Shown here: one piece after another, positions 22,986 through 24,000 of the stretch
How positions within the stretch are numbered: the first letter of the stretch is position 1
Layout of the letters: each line of letters starts with the position of its first letter
NCBI GenBank assembly: GCA_017416485.1
Contig: JAFQCH010000005.1
Location: forward strand, 10,031 to 34,030
Length of the DNA stretch: 24,000 nucleotides
Origin: Clostridia bacterium
GTDB taxonomy: Bacteria > Bacillota > Clostridia > Oscillospirales > Acutalibacteraceae
Direction: 5' to 3'
Translations under genes and position numbers: made by a program
Notes under the pieces: model-generated
Database searches by the model: none
Seen by the model: the letters and a program-made list of their open reading frames with translations, nothing else
What the model was told of the DNA's origin: nothing

Positions 22986-24000
22986 ATGAAAAAAACTCTC
23001 GTTCTCGCATTGTGCCTTGTTATGGCTATCTGCGCTATGTTCGCAGGTTGCGATAACACCACTGATCCCGCTGTCACCGACGGCAACGCAACCGCCGGCA
23101 ATGCAACCGAAGGCAATGTTGTTGACAACGTTGTTGAATCCACTCTTAAGTTCGGGTCTGCTGTCTATGTATCCAACCTTGCTGTGACCGATGCCACCGA
23201 AGACAAAGACGGTTCCGGCAAAATCGACATCACTGTTGCCGCTGTTACCGTTGATGCTGAAGGCAAAATCGTTGCCTGTGCACTCGACACCGCAAGCAAC
23301 ACCGTGAACTTCACTTTTGACGGCAAAGCTGTTGCAAACGAAGAATTCAAAACCAAGTACGAACTCGGCAACGACTACAATATGGTTGCTTACGGCGGTG
23401 CTGTAAAAGAATGGTTTGAACAGGCTGATGCTTTCGAATCTGTTGTTGCAGGCAAGACTCTTGATGAAGTCAAGGCTCTCGTTGCTGAAGGAAACAAAGG
23501 GAACGACGAAGTTGTGGCTGCCGGTTGCACCATCATGATCAACGAATTTGTTGCTGCCATCGAAAAGGCTTACAATGCAGCTGCCGAATCCGATGTGACT
23601 GCTGCGGATACCCTCAAGGTAACTGCCGCAACCGAACAGACCTGCACCGATGCAACCGAAGACAAAGACGGTTCCAACAAGGTTTCCACCACTGTTTTTG
23701 CAGCTGCTGTTGATGCAGAAGGCAAGGTTGTTGCCGCTGCAAGTGACTGCGTTGAAATTTCCTTCACATTCGACATGGCAGGTGTTGCAACTCTCGACAC
23801 CACCAAGGAAGTTCTTTCCAAGAAGGAACAGGGCTCTGATTACGGCATGGTCGCTTACGGCGGTGCCGAAAAAGAATGGTTCGAACAGGCTGCTGCTTTC
23901 GATGCTGCTTGCATCGGCAAGACCGCTGCTGAAATTGCAGGTTTTGTTGCAGAAGACGGCAAGGGTGTTGCTGACATCCAGGCTGCAGGTTGCACCATCT
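22986..24000 (+). CDS. Lipoprotein built from tandem repeat modules of about 153-155 aa; the 3' end lies beyond the right window edge
   Basis: Not in the ORF track because it runs off the edge. My own translation begins MKKTLVLALCLVMAICAMFAGC|DNTT (signal peptide plus lipobox Cys), with an AAAGGAG RBS at 22971-22977. Module 1 starts at DATEDKDGSGK (nt 23190) and module 2 at DATEDKDGSNK (nt 23649). Both contain DY(N/G)MVAYGG-x-x-KEWFEQA and end in AAGCTI. Confidence 0.8.
   Translation, partial: MKKTLVLALCLVMAICAMFAGCDNTTDPAVTDGNATAGNATEGNVVDNVVESTLKFGSAVYVSNLAVTDATEDKDGSGKIDITVAAVTVDAEGKIVACALDTASNTVNFTFDGKAVANEEFKTKYELGNDYNMVAYGGAVKEWFEQADAFESVVAGKTLDEVKALVAEGNKGNDEVVAAGCTIMINEFVAAIEKAYNAAAESDVTAADTLKVTAATEQTCTDATEDKDGSNKVSTTVFAAAVDAEGKVVAAASDCVEISFTFDMAGVATLDTTKEVLSKKEQGSDYGMVAYGGAEKEWFEQAAAFDAACIGKTAAEIAGFVAEDGKGVADIQAAGCTI

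Overview
Chromosomal window from a Firmicutes/Clostridia-like anaerobe, judged by a ylmC/ymxH sporulation gene, rnfCDGEAB gene order, low-GC sigma-A promoters and GGAGG ribosome-binding sites. From left to right it contains: (1) the tail of a surface-polysaccharide locus (secreted PHP hydrolase, CapD-like dehydratase, initiating sugar transferase), a serine hydrolase, a membrane protein and ylmC. (2) A compact type II (II-A-like) CRISPR-Cas9 locus at about 5.75-11.1 kb. It has a divergently encoded tracrRNA with its own promoter and terminator, an intact 1317-aa cas9, only an N-terminal stub of cas1 with no cas2 or csn2, a leader with a near-consensus promoter, and an array of six good 36-nt repeats plus two decayed terminal repeats followed by a terminator. 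(3) A Macro-domain/HTH fusion gene and a small vWA gene, followed by a 229-bp nested-palindrome MITE-like element. (4) A second PHP (CehA/McbA-like) hydrolase convergent with a GH127-like glycosidase. (5) An rnfCDGEAB operon in which RnfG has two FMN-binding modules and RnfE has a Cys-rich tail. It is followed by a NusG-domain-II / Gx-transporter pair and a lipoprotein made of about 153-aa tandem repeats. The most interesting region is the Cas9 locus: the effector, tracrRNA and array look functional while the adaptation genes have been lost. The Macro-HTH/vWA pair and the palindromic element next to it are the other notable items. All calls come from reading the sequence and from family knowledge; no database search was possible.
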